The notes beneath the pieces are model-generated. The model was not told the origin of the DNA. It saw only the letters and a program-made list of their open reading frames with translations, and did no database searches. A stretch of DNA of 64,000 bases, taken from Ophelia neglecta. Taxonomy: Eukaryota. The stretch spans positions 144,460,001-144,524,000 of the forward strand of contig OZ260661.1 in assembly GCA_965285935.1 (NCBI GenBank), written 5' to 3'. Below, one piece after another: positions 63,491-64,000 of the stretch; the first letter of the stretch is position 1; each line of letters begins with the position of its first letter. Made by a program: the position numbers and the translations under genes.

Positions 63491-64000
63491 TATCTATAGG
63501 CACGGAAATGGTTATCAATGCTTGATAGCCTTCAGCCTTATGCTCTTGAGGATTTGGACATATTTAAGGGAGTATTTTTCAATGATGATTTTCTTTAACG
63601 CCCGGGTGTCGACAGGTTCATATAAAATAGCCTTGCCTTTATATGCAGTTGTGCTATAGTAAAAAGAAAGTTGTGACACGTAGTAACACATAATGGTTTC
63701 TTAACTAGTTTCGATAGTAGCCCTGTCTCTTCAGAAAAATGTGTACATAATGATATAATCGTTATATCTTTGCTAGTTTCGACAGCACTCTCTCTTCTAA
63801 AAAGGTTGCATACATAATGGCTGTATGTTTAAAGTAAACATTATATTTATATAGATTATGAGAGCACCTGTCACAACTTGATTGTGTGGACTTTCATAGT
63901 TCAATTGATACAGGCAAGCGGGAATAAAAGCGGTATCCTTTATAATTGCATTTGGAGGAAATGTGTTTATGGCCTATGACGTGGTAATATGCAGTAAATA

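Overview
Eukaryotic, AT-rich, repeat-rich genomic DNA, probably from a lophotrochozoan such as a mollusc (inferred from repeat types and gene structure). The window holds the 5' three-quarters of one + strand gene, a DPP6/DPP10-like member of the S9B (DPP4) family. Sixteen constant coding exons run from 51671 to 63270, all in consistent phase, and the gene continues past the window end. The first constant exon ([38 protein letters not shown]) has no start codon. The roughly 45 kb upstream contains an array of candidate alternative, ATG-initiated, phase-0 first exons. Three are clear paralogues ending in W-Q-[AV]-P-[WL]-E|GT (29212, 31241, 37112). Several unrelated candidates also exist (19691, 49177, 42730 and weaker ones). 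This variable-first-exon/constant-body layout would give many cytoplasmic N-termini on one type II membrane protein and is the main finding. The rest is a 5'-truncated LINE, tRNA-derived SINEs (one split by a P-like DNA element), several MITEs and many minisatellites, several of which start at or duplicate splice donor sites. Almost all long ORFs in the supplied track are satellite artefacts.
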